A DNA stretch of 64,000 nt, taken from positions 1,260 through 65,259 of the forward strand of contig JAFCDQ010000002.1 in assembly GCA_017609645.1 (NCBI GenBank), written 5' to 3'. The notes under the pieces are model-generated. The model searched no databases and was not told the origin of the DNA. It worked only from the letters and a program-made list of their open reading frames with translations. Shown here one piece after another: positions 47,149 to 56,062 of the stretch. A program made the position numbers and the translations under genes. The stretch is from Candidatus Woesearchaeota archaeon. GTDB lineage: Archaea; Nanobdellota; Nanobdellia; Woesearchaeales; ARS49. How positions within the stretch are numbered: the first letter of the stretch is position 1; each line of letters begins with the position of its first letter.

Positions 47149-48090
47149 ATGGCAATTGTAAAAGATTTTATTTGGGAAAAAGGAATAAAAGTGCATGAAT
47201 TGGTTAGTGCTTATGGTAATATAGGATTTCAAAGTATTGAATTAAGTAAGGCAGCTGATTTGATTGTTAAAATGAAGAAAAACTCTGCCAAGATTTTTTT
47301 GACTTTTACTTCTAATATGGTTACATCTGGATTGCGTGGTTTTTTTGCTCAAATAATTCGTTTAGGAATGGCTGATGTGATTGTAACAACAGTAGGCGGA
47401 ATAGAAGAAGACATAATGAAAGCACATGGAGAGAAATTTACAATAGGAAGATTTGAATCAGATGATGTTGAGCTGCATGAACAAGGCATAAATCGTGTTG
47501 GTAATTTGTTTATCAAGAACGAGAGTTATATGAACTTTGAAGACAAAATAATAAAAATACTAAATGAATTATATCAAAAAAAGAAAAGATGGCCTGTATC
47601 AGAATTACTAAAAGAAATCGGACTAATGCTAGATGATGAAAACTCAATCTTATGCCAAGCAGCAAAATACAACGTACCAATATTCTGCCCTGCAATAACA
47701 GACGGCTCATTTGGATTTCATCTATACTTATTCCAACAAAAACACCCTGATTTTATAGTAGATGTTGTAAAAGACTTTGGAAACATACTTTTAAGCACAA
47801 GTCATGATGAAAAGAAAGCAATAATTGCATTAGGTGGAAGTATCTCAAAACATCATGCAATACTATGCACTTTACTAAATGGCGGAGCTGATTATGCATT
47901 ATACATGACAACTGCTCATAAAACATCTGGAAGTATGAGTGGAGCAACAACAAACGAAGCAAAAAGCTGGGGAAAAGTAAAAGATGATTCAGACATAGCA
48001 ACCGTCATAGGAGATGTTACAGTGATGTTTCCTTTAGCGATGATAAAAGCATTTGAAGAATTAGATAGCGAGGGGCTTTTAAAGAAATGA
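47149..48090 (+). CDS. dys: Deoxyhypusine synthase family protein
   Basis: FTSNMVTSGLRG, GGIEED, NRVGN, PAITDGS, GS.SGA...EAKSWGK motifs; SD GGAGG. Confidence 0.95.
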   Translation: MAIVKDFIWEKGIKVHELVSAYGNIGFQSIELSKAADLIVKMKKNSAKIFLTFTSNMVTSGLRGFFAQIIRLGMADVIVTTVGGIEEDIMKAHGEKFTIGRFESDDVELHEQGINRVGNLFIKNESYMNFEDKIIKILNELYQKKKRWPVSELLKEIGLMLDDENSILCQAAKYNVPIFCPAITDGSFGFHLYLFQQKHPDFIVDVVKDFGNILLSTSHDEKKAIIALGGSISKHHAILCTLLNGGADYALYMTTAHKTSGSMSGATTNEAKSWGKVKDDSDIATVIGDVTVMFPLAMIKAFEELDSEGLLKK

Positions 48091-49115
48091 TAGAGCCAAA
48101 GTTTGAATTATCAAAAAGCAAAGTATTGCAGCAATATGAGAAAGTAAAGTTAATGGCAGATATTGTGTCTTATAGTTCTAAAACTAATCAAATTATTACA
48201 GGGATTCTTGAAAAAGAGACAGATTGTTTGTTTAGTGTGCATTTAGTAAATGAACTAAAACACATACAAGATATGTCAAGAGCAATATTCTTAGCACAAG
48301 GATGGACACAAGAAAGCATTAAAGAATTAACAGAAAAAGGAATAAAATGGTTTGTAGTAGATAATGAACCTGACTTAGATGAATTAATCAAATTTCTAAA
48401 TGAAAATAAAGTTGAGATTAATTTATTATTAAGACTAAAACTAAAAGAAAACACAATAAGAACAGAAAGATACTATGTTTTTGGAATGAAATCAGAAATT
48501 ATAAACAAAAGAATAAAAGAATTAAGAAAACATCCAAAAATAAAACAATTAGGAATACATTTTCACAGAAAAACACAAAACATGAGTGAATGGAGCTTAG
48601 ATTATGAAATATCAAATGTAATCGAACAAGATGTTTTAGAAATGATTGACATAATCAATATTGGCGGAGGATTACCATCAGAATACGCAAACACAAATGT
48701 AGATGTAATTCAAAGTGTTTTTAACAAAATAAAAGAATTCAAACAATTTCTTAAAAAGAAAAACATCAAACTAATAATAGAACCAGGAAGATTCATAGCA
48801 GCACCTTCAGGAAAGCTAATCACAACAATACTCCAAATATATGATAATAACATAATAGTAAATGCATCAGTATATAATAGTGATATGGATGCAATACTAG
48901 TGCCAGTCAAACTATTAGTAGAAGGAGAGCTAGAAAAAGGACAGGCATATGTAATAAAAGGCATAACACCATGCTCAATGGACTTATTCAGATACAGAGT
49001 TTATCTAAACAACCCTAAAATTGGCGATAAATTAGTATTCCTGAACGCAGGAGCATATAATTTCACTACTGATTTCTGCGATTTAGAACAAATAAAAACA
49101 GAGATAATAGAGTAA
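48087..49115 (+). CDS. Group IV PLP decarboxylase (ornithine/DAP/arginine family)
   Basis: YSSKTN Schiff-base Lys, HFH, NIGGG, EPGR, GAY motifs; ATGA overlap with dys. Confidence 0.88.
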   Translation: MIEPKFELSKSKVLQQYEKVKLMADIVSYSSKTNQIITGILEKETDCLFSVHLVNELKHIQDMSRAIFLAQGWTQESIKELTEKGIKWFVVDNEPDLDELIKFLNENKVEINLLLRLKLKENTIRTERYYVFGMKSEIINKRIKELRKHPKIKQLGIHFHRKTQNMSEWSLDYEISNVIEQDVLEMIDIINIGGGLPSEYANTNVDVIQSVFNKIKEFKQFLKKKNIKLIIEPGRFIAAPSGKLITTILQIYDNNIIVNASVYNSDMDAILVPVKLLVEGELEKGQAYVIKGITPCSMDLFRYRVYLNNPKIGDKLVFLNAGAYNFTTDFCDLEQIKTEIIE

Positions 49116-49150
49116 TATTTATATATCCCTTTTATTAACAGCTATTTAAG

Positions 49151-49894
49151 ATGAAAAAAAAGATATTAATAGGCTTTCTAATCTGTTTATTGATACTGAC
49201 AATAACAAATGCATCAGAAGAGCCTCCTGAAATGTGTACTGATTCTGACGTTGGCCCAGAAGATGGCAGAAATCCAACAGAAGAAGTCTTAACAACAAAA
49301 GGAAGCACAAAATATGGCATAAGAACATCAAAAGATATCTGTGTAAAAGGAACTGAAACAGATATGTATATGGAAGAAAGCCCTTACTTAAAAGAATTCT
49401 ATTGTGATGATAATGACCAAAGAGAATTTGTAATATTTTACTGCGGAGATTATGGATATGAAAAATGTGTTGACGGCGCTTGCATCGGCACAGGAACTGG
49501 AACAAAACCAAACCAGTACGCACAAAGAGTAATAGCTGACTGCGGCAATAAAATAAGAGAAAAAGATTTAGGAGAAGAATGCGACCCTCCAGGAAGTGTC
49601 TGTTGGGACAAAGATAATTATGGAATGTGCCAACCAGACTGCTCATGCAAATGGCATAATCCAAAAACACCAGAAGAAACCGAAGAGGAACTAGATGAAT
49701 TTGACGAAGAAGAGCAAGATGAACTAGATGAAGAAGACGAAGAAGAATTAGAATCAAAAGACGAAGAAGAAGATGAAGAAGAAGAATATTTAGGCGAAAG
49801 AAAAGACTTTGAAAATGAACCAGGAATCCAAGTAACAAAAGGAATCGCAGGATTTTTCAGAGGTATATGGGATTGGTTCATAGGATTATTTTAA
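49151..49894 (+). CDS. Secreted Cys-rich protein with acidic linker
   Basis: Signal peptide, CTDSD..G motif, many Cys, poly-E/D stretch, amphipathic C-terminal helix. Confidence 0.75.
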   Translation: MKKKILIGFLICLLILTITNASEEPPEMCTDSDVGPEDGRNPTEEVLTTKGSTKYGIRTSKDICVKGTETDMYMEESPYLKEFYCDDNDQREFVIFYCGDYGYEKCVDGACIGTGTGTKPNQYAQRVIADCGNKIREKDLGEECDPPGSVCWDKDNYGMCQPDCSCKWHNPKTPEETEEELDEFDEEEQDELDEEDEEELESKDEEEDEEEEYLGERKDFENEPGIQVTKGIAGFFRGIWDWFIGLF

Positions 49895-49904
49895 AAGAGG
49901 TAAG

Positions 49905-50513
49905 ATGAAAAATACAAACTGGCAGTATATTTCATACATATTTGTAATAGCATTCATAGCAACAATTATCATAGTAGCTCCAACAAACCTAACAGGCAGC
50001 GGCCACATCATAATTCATGAAGAAAAACCAAGCAGTTATGCCTATACTTTAAGAGATTGGGTCTATAAATTCTTTCAGACAGAGGGAGTTGTTTTTCCTA
50101 CAGGAACATGCTCAGACATAACAAGAGAATTCTTAAGCCAATTCTTACAAAAAGGACCTTCTGTAACAGAAAAATTTGCAACAACCGGCATACAGAGAGT
50201 ACAAAGCTTATTATTTGGCATTGAACAAGAATTTGTAGGTGCAATTGAAATGGTGCATGGAAAAGATCTTGTAGAACAACAAGGCTCTGACAGCATATTA
50301 AACTTATGGGTAGAAGGAGTTGTAAGACTGCCAAAACTTTCCAGAGCTTCTGAAATGGAAATAACAATATACGGAGAAGCAAAAGATATGTTTTATGTCA
50401 AAAAAGGCAGATTTTCAACACCAATGATAGAATGCAATTTCACAGCACTTCATGACGGTACAAGCGACTGCAAATGCTCAACAGAAAAAACATACCACTA
50501 CGTCAATGAATAA
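49905..50513 (+). CDS. Membrane-anchored hypothetical protein
   Basis: N-terminal TM followed by a LTG motif; SD GAGG. Confidence 0.65.
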   Translation: MKNTNWQYISYIFVIAFIATIIIVAPTNLTGSGHIIIHEEKPSSYAYTLRDWVYKFFQTEGVVFPTGTCSDITREFLSQFLQKGPSVTEKFATTGIQRVQSLLFGIEQEFVGAIEMVHGKDLVEQQGSDSILNLWVEGVVRLPKLSRASEMEITIYGEAKDMFYVKKGRFSTPMIECNFTALHDGTSDCKCSTEKTYHYVNE

Positions 50514-50542
50514 TTCAACTCAAGATTTTCTTTAATAATATA

Positions 50543-50596
50543 TCGTTAACGACTATCGGAACCGAAACATTTATATATCTAAATCGATATATCGAT
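50543..50596. promoter_or_regulatory. Putative PadR operators flanking the TATA box
   Basis: Perfect palindromes TCGTTAACGA (50543-50552) and ATCGATATATCGAT (50583-50596). Confidence 0.6.
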
Positions 50597-50602
50597 AAAG
50601 AT

Positions 50603-51100
50603 ATGATACGAGGCCATCTAAAAGTCATGGTTTTAAAAGGCTTAAGTGAAAAGCCAATGACAGGCTATTCTTTAATGCGCTATATCAATGAAAAAGTAGG
50701 AATAAAACCAAGCCCTGGCTCAATGTATCCCCTGCTCAAAAACCTTGAAGAAAACAAACTCATCAAATCAAAAGAAAAAGACAGCAAAAAAGAATTCTCA
50801 TTAACAGAAAAAGGAAAAAAAATAATCAAAGAACTCTGGAAACAAAAAGATGCAATACATGAAAAAGCAATGAAAAGCATCAAAATAATGGAAACAATCA
50901 CAGGAGAAAAAAATGTTGAACACAAACTAATGGCAAGAATGAAAGAAGGAGATCCCTTCAAAGAATTAAACCCAGAATTAAGCAAATTCAGAGCAGTATT
51001 AATAGAAATGCTGAACAAAGGCAAACTTGAGAAAAATAAGAAAGAAATCAAGAAAATAGTAGCAAAAGCTCATAAAGAACTTAAAAAAATATCAAAATGA
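50603..51100 (+). CDS. PadR family transcriptional regulator
   Basis: PMTGYSLM, PSPGSMYPLL, FSLTEKG motifs. Confidence 0.92.
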   Translation: MIRGHLKVMVLKGLSEKPMTGYSLMRYINEKVGIKPSPGSMYPLLKNLEENKLIKSKEKDSKKEFSLTEKGKKIIKELWKQKDAIHEKAMKSIKIMETITGEKNVEHKLMARMKEGDPFKELNPELSKFRAVLIEMLNKGKLEKNKKEIKKIVAKAHKELKKISK

Positions 51101-51163
51101 AAATTCAAAAATCTAATAAACTAGTTTGAATTTTCAATGTTCCGAATCGGAGATTTGAAACAA

Positions 51164-51871
51164 ATGACAAAGAAAAAACCAATCATAAAACTAGAAAATG
51201 TATGGAAAACATACAAAGTAGGAGAGACATTAATACATGCGTTAAGAGGATTAGATCTTGAAGTATATAAAGATGAATTCTTAGCAGTACAAGGGCCAAG
51301 TGGAAGCGGAAAAAGCACGGCAATGAACTTAATAGGCTGCCTTGATATTCCAACAAAAGGAAAAATACATCTTGACGGAAAAAACATAGCACGTCTTCAT
51401 GAATCAGACCTAGCACAAATAAGAGGGAAAAAAATAGGATTCATATTCCAGCAGTTTAATCTATTAAATACATTAACAGCACTAGAAAATGTAATGCTCC
51501 CATTAATATTTCAAGGAGTTCCCTTAACAACAAGAATGAAAAAAGCAACTGAAATGCTAAAAAAAGTAGGCTTAGGAGACAGAATGAACCACACGCCAGC
51601 ACAATTATCAGGAGGACAACAGCAAAGAGTAGCAATCGCAAGATCACTAATAGTAGATCCAGAGGTCATACTTGCAGACGAACCAACAGGCAACTTAGAC
51701 AGCAAAACAGGAAAAGAAATAATGGATTTACTTAAAGATTTGAATAAAAAAGAAAAAAAAACAGTTGTCTTAGTCACACATGACAATCATCTAGCCAAAA
51801 TGGCTGAAAGAACTGTCTTCTTAAAAGACGGCAAAATAACAAAAGAACAAAAAAAGAGGTTGAAAAAATGA
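51164..51871 (+). CDS. ABC transporter ATP-binding protein (LolD/MacB type)
   Basis: GPSGSGKS, LSGGQQQRVAIAR, ILADEPTGNLDS, VTHD motifs. Confidence 0.96.
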   Translation: MTKKKPIIKLENVWKTYKVGETLIHALRGLDLEVYKDEFLAVQGPSGSGKSTAMNLIGCLDIPTKGKIHLDGKNIARLHESDLAQIRGKKIGFIFQQFNLLNTLTALENVMLPLIFQGVPLTTRMKKATEMLKKVGLGDRMNHTPAQLSGGQQQRVAIARSLIVDPEVILADEPTGNLDSKTGKEIMDLLKDLNKKEKKTVVLVTHDNHLAKMAERTVFLKDGKITKEQKKRLKK

Positions 51872-53061
51872 ATAAAAAAATAACGATATTAATACTTGCT
51901 TTGTTGATACTGACGCTGGCAATTCCCGCAAGCGCCAAACTAACGCCAGAAATAAAAGCAAGTTTACTGCGCTATGATCCTATGCCTGCTGCACAAGGAT
52001 CAACAGTAAATGTATGGCTAAAAATTACAAACTTAGGAATGCCCTCAGGCAATCTGGAAGTAAAGTTTGTTCCGGATTATCCCTTCACTTTAGCGCCGGG
52101 TGAAGATGAAATCAAACAACTTGGCGTAATGCCAAGAGCAGAAGAATTGGTAGTAGATTTTGACTTATTAGTTGACCTTTATGCAAGAAATCAAGAATAT
52201 GGCGCAAAATTCCATTACAAATGGACAGAACAGGACATGTGGACAGAATTCAAAGCACCAATAGAAATAGAAACAACTGACGCACTATTAATTGTAAGCA
52301 ATTATATATTAAACCCAAAAGAAGCAGCACCAGGAGACTTAGTAGAAGTAAAATTATTATTGAAAAATGACGGAATAAGCCCTGTTAAAACAGCAGACGT
52401 GATACTTGATACATCTGATGCAAACTTTTTCAGCACACACCAAACAGGCAACAGAAAAAGAGTCGGCTCAATAATGCCAGGAGAAAAAAAAGAAATAATA
52501 TTCAAAATAATGACAAACTCAGATGCAGAAATCAAACTACATGATCTGCCAGTAAAACTAGAATACAAAGATGAAAAAGGACAGCAATACAGCAGAACAA
52601 GCCAAATAGGAATAAAAATGAATGCTCCTCCTGAATTAATAATGTTCATTGACAGCACAGACATCCACAGCAAAAGAAGCCCAGGAACAGTAAGAGTAAA
52701 ACTGGTAAACAAAGGAGTCACACAATTAAAATATGTCACATTAAAACTAATCAAAACAGAAGAATACGACATACTATCACCAACAAATCTGGCATACATA
52801 GGAAATTTAGACAATGACGACTTTGACAGCGCAGAATTCATAATAAAGCCTTTAGAAAATGATCCAAAATTAATGTATATGCTAGAATTCAAAGATCCAT
52901 ACAACAGAAAATACACACAAGAATTCACACTGCCATTAAGAATAGTATCAAAAAGAGCATTAGGACTAGAAAAAAGCAGCCTGCCAATGGTAATCGTTCT
53001 GCTAATCATAGCAGGAATAGGTTATTGGTTTTACAAGAAAAGAAAGAAAAGGAAAAAATAA
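51868..53061 (+). CDS. COG1361-like Ig-fold surface protein associated with the ABC transporter
   Basis: Signal peptide, repeated P..PG..V...L.N.G CARDB-like units, C-terminal TM with basic tail. Confidence 0.8.
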   Translation: MNKKITILILALLILTLAIPASAKLTPEIKASLLRYDPMPAAQGSTVNVWLKITNLGMPSGNLEVKFVPDYPFTLAPGEDEIKQLGVMPRAEELVVDFDLLVDLYARNQEYGAKFHYKWTEQDMWTEFKAPIEIETTDALLIVSNYILNPKEAAPGDLVEVKLLLKNDGISPVKTADVILDTSDANFFSTHQTGNRKRVGSIMPGEKKEIIFKIMTNSDAEIKLHDLPVKLEYKDEKGQQYSRTSQIGIKMNAPPELIMFIDSTDIHSKRSPGTVRVKLVNKGVTQLKYVTLKLIKTEEYDILSPTNLAYIGNLDNDDFDSAEFIIKPLENDPKLMYMLEFKDPYNRKYTQEFTLPLRIVSKRALGLEKSSLPMVIVLLIIAGIGYWFYKKRKKRKK

Positions 53062-53070
53062 ACTAAAAAA

Positions 53071-54282
53071 ATGGTTTTTGATTTCTTTACATTAGCTTTT
53101 AAGAGTTTGAAAAAGAGGCCATTGCGAACATGGCTGACTATGCTAGGCATATTCATAGGCGTAAGCCTGGTTATTTCATTAGTAAGCCTAGGACAAGGAT
53201 TACAGAATGCAGTAAATTCACAATTCTCAGCAGTCGGCATGGATAAAATAATAGTGCAACCTGTAGGCCCTGGATACGGACCTCCAGGACAAGAAGGCAG
53301 CACATTAACAGACAAAGACCTGAAAGAAATAGAACAAGTAGTTGGAGTAAAAGCAGCGGCAGGGAGAATAGTATCGTCAGTAAAAATAGAATATAACAAA
53401 TTAATGAAAATTAATTTTGTTGGAAGCATGCCAAAAGAACAAAAAGCAAGAGAATTATTAGAAGAAGCACAAAATATTGAAGTTGAAAAAGGACGAATTC
53501 TTAAACAAGGAGATTCAAAAAAAGCAATAATCGGAAATAATTATGCAACAAAAAAAATATTTGGCAAAAATTTAGAAGTAGGAAATAAAATATTAATTGG
53601 AGAAAAATCTTTTGAAATCATTGGAATAATGAAAAAATTCGGAAATCCAATGAGTGATGAAGCTATCATTCTTAATCAAGCAGACATAGAAGACATAACA
53701 GGAAAAACAGATTACAGCGCATTATTCATACAAGTTGAAAAAGGAAGTGATGTAAATTTAGTAGCTGAAAAAATAACAAGAACCTTACGAAAGAAAAAAG
53801 GACAAAAAGAAGGACATGAAGATTTTGAAGTACAAACCACCCAAGAATTAATTGACAGCTTTAACACAATTCTAATCGTAATACAAATGTTTGTAATAGG
53901 AATAGCAGGAATCAGTTTAATTGTCGGCGGCATTGGAATAATGAATACAATGTATACAAGCGTGCTTGAAAGAATAAGAGAAATAGGAGTCATGAAAGCA
54001 ATAGGTGCAAAAAACAGCGACATACTGAAATTATTTTTGATAGAAAGTGGAATGCTTGGATTAGTCGGAGGATTAGTAGGATTACTACTTGGCATGGGAT
54101 TCAGCCTAATGGTAGAATTTGGAGCAAAACAAGCACTAGGAAGCGGCATGATAGCAGCATCATTCCCATTATCTTTATTGATTGGAACAGTATTATTTTC
54201 ATTTATATTAGGCGCATTATCAGGAGTGCTGCCAGCAATGCAGGCAGCAAAAATGAAACCAGTAGATGCATTGCGAAAATAA
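53071..54282 (+). CDS. MacB/FtsX-family ABC permease
   Basis: LTMLGIFIGV and GGIGIMNTMYTSVLER.REIG.MKAIGA motifs. Confidence 0.94.
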   Translation: MVFDFFTLAFKSLKKRPLRTWLTMLGIFIGVSLVISLVSLGQGLQNAVNSQFSAVGMDKIIVQPVGPGYGPPGQEGSTLTDKDLKEIEQVVGVKAAAGRIVSSVKIEYNKLMKINFVGSMPKEQKARELLEEAQNIEVEKGRILKQGDSKKAIIGNNYATKKIFGKNLEVGNKILIGEKSFEIIGIMKKFGNPMSDEAIILNQADIEDITGKTDYSALFIQVEKGSDVNLVAEKITRTLRKKKGQKEGHEDFEVQTTQELIDSFNTILIVIQMFVIGIAGISLIVGGIGIMNTMYTSVLERIREIGVMKAIGAKNSDILKLFLIESGMLGLVGGLVGLLLGMGFSLMVEFGAKQALGSGMIAASFPLSLLIGTVLFSFILGALSGVLPAMQAAKMKPVDALRK

Positions 54283-54286
54283 AACT

Positions 54287-55513
54287 ATGATAAAAATAAA
54301 AGATTTATTTGGAATAGCGACGAAAAATCTCAAACATAGAAAAAAAAGAACTCTTCTAACTATTTTAGGAATCATCATAGGAATATCTGCTGTTGTAGCA
54401 CTAATCAGCATAGGACAAGGAATGTCACATTCCATTAACAACGAAATGGAAAAAATAGGAACAGACAAAATATTCATACAACCAAAATCTGCTACAGGAA
54501 TGACAATGAGTGCAGAAGGCGGGGCAGGAACAATAGGGAAAAAAGACCTTAATCTCGTCAAGAAAACAGCAGGAGTAAAAGAAGCAACTGGTATTTATTC
54601 TCATATGGCACAAATAGGATTTGGCAAAGAACTACAAACAGTATATTCATTTGGGTATCCAAAAAAACAATCAGAAGCCAGCTTAATGGACGAAGTGCAT
54701 ACCTGGAAAATAGAAGAAGGCAGAATGCTCAAACCAGGAGAAAAAGGAAAAGTAATAATAGGAACAGATATTGCAGAAAAATTATTTGAAAAAGACATAC
54801 AAGTTGGCAATAAAATAAATATTGAAGATCAAGTATTCAAAGTCATTGGAATATTCAAAAAAGTAGGCGATCCAGGATTAGACAAAGGAATTCTTATCTC
54901 TGAAAAAGAAATAAGAGAATTATATGATGAACCAGACTTATTCACATACTTATATGTAGAAATAACATCAAACAAAGAATTAGAACTGACTGCAGATAGA
55001 ATAGAAAGAAAAATGCGCAAAGATAGAGGATTAAAAGAAGGACAAGAAGACTTTTCAGTACAAACCCCTCTTGAAATGATGGAGATTTTTAATAATATTC
55101 TAGCCATTGTAAGCATTATATTGATAGGCATAGCTGCTATTAGTTTATTAGTAGGAGGCATAGGAATAATGAACACAATGTATACAAGTGTCTTGCAAAG
55201 AACACATGAAATAGGAATAATGAAAGCAATAGGAGCAAAAAACAGCGGCATAATGAAATTATTCTTATTAGAAAGCGGAATATTAGGCTTAGTAGGAGGA
55301 GCATTAGGTGTATTAATAGGCTTCTTGATAAGCAAAGGTGTAGAAATTTCTGCTGCGCAGGCAATGGGAACCGATATGTTAAAAGCATTTTTCCCCTGGT
55401 ATTTAATTGTCGGAGCGTTATTATTTAGTTTTATAGTCGGCACACTTTCTGGACTGCTTCCAGCAAGAAGAGCAAGCAAATTAAAACCAGTAGATGCGCT
55501 GCGTTATGAATAA
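54287..55513 (+). CDS. MacB/FtsX-family ABC permease (paralogue)
   Basis: Same motifs as 53071-54282; ends KPVDALRYE. Confidence 0.94.
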   Translation: MIKIKDLFGIATKNLKHRKKRTLLTILGIIIGISAVVALISIGQGMSHSINNEMEKIGTDKIFIQPKSATGMTMSAEGGAGTIGKKDLNLVKKTAGVKEATGIYSHMAQIGFGKELQTVYSFGYPKKQSEASLMDEVHTWKIEEGRMLKPGEKGKVIIGTDIAEKLFEKDIQVGNKINIEDQVFKVIGIFKKVGDPGLDKGILISEKEIRELYDEPDLFTYLYVEITSNKELELTADRIERKMRKDRGLKEGQEDFSVQTPLEMMEIFNNILAIVSIILIGIAAISLLVGGIGIMNTMYTSVLQRTHEIGIMKAIGAKNSGIMKLFLLESGILGLVGGALGVLIGFLISKGVEISAAQAMGTDMLKAFFPWYLIVGALLFSFIVGTLSGLLPARRASKLKPVDALRYE

Positions 55514-55515
55514 AA

Positions 55516-56034
55516 TTAAAATGGCTTATAACCAAACTTTTCTAATTTATCTTTAATATCTTCATAAGACTTACCGCAAAGCATTCCGCCAGCAAGAAAT
55601 TCTTCATTCGTAACATCAACTAAACAAAAATCAGGCATTACAAACTTATCTTTTGCAGTTTCATCTTGAAATTCAAAATCAACCTCAACAAGACCTTCAA
55701 GCTCATCCTGAAAAATATCAAACTCAGCAATATTTCCATTAAAATCATAAAAATATCTAATCTTCCTTACTATTTTACCATCAAGTTTTGCAAGAGCATC
55801 AAATTCTTCTTTTGATAAATTAATTGTCTGCTCTTCATGCCGTGACTTATCTACAGAATCTAAAGGAATTTTCTTAGTCATCTCATAAACATCTCCATTT
55901 TTTCTAATCCTCAAAATAGGGTGTTCTTGAGACTTAGGAATATAAATATCAACAATCTCTTTATATTTACAATTTTTTAACCCCTCTGGAAGATATTTTA
56001 CCAAAAAAGTTCTTTCAAGTTCTATTTCTTTCAT
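55516..56034 (-). CDS. CYTH domain protein
   Basis: EIELERTFL (ExExK/R), LRIR, K.RY, EVDF motifs. Confidence 0.88.
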   Translation of the reverse strand: MKEIELERTFLVKYLPEGLKNCKYKEIVDIYIPKSQEHPILRIRKNGDVYEMTKKIPLDSVDKSRHEEQTINLSKEEFDALAKLDGKIVRKIRYFYDFNGNIAEFDIFQDELEGLVEVDFEFQDETAKDKFVMPDFCLVDVTNEEFLAGGMLCGKSYEDIKDKLEKFGYKPF

Positions 56035-56062
56035 AAAAGCTAGAAAAAAGCACTCATTTAAA

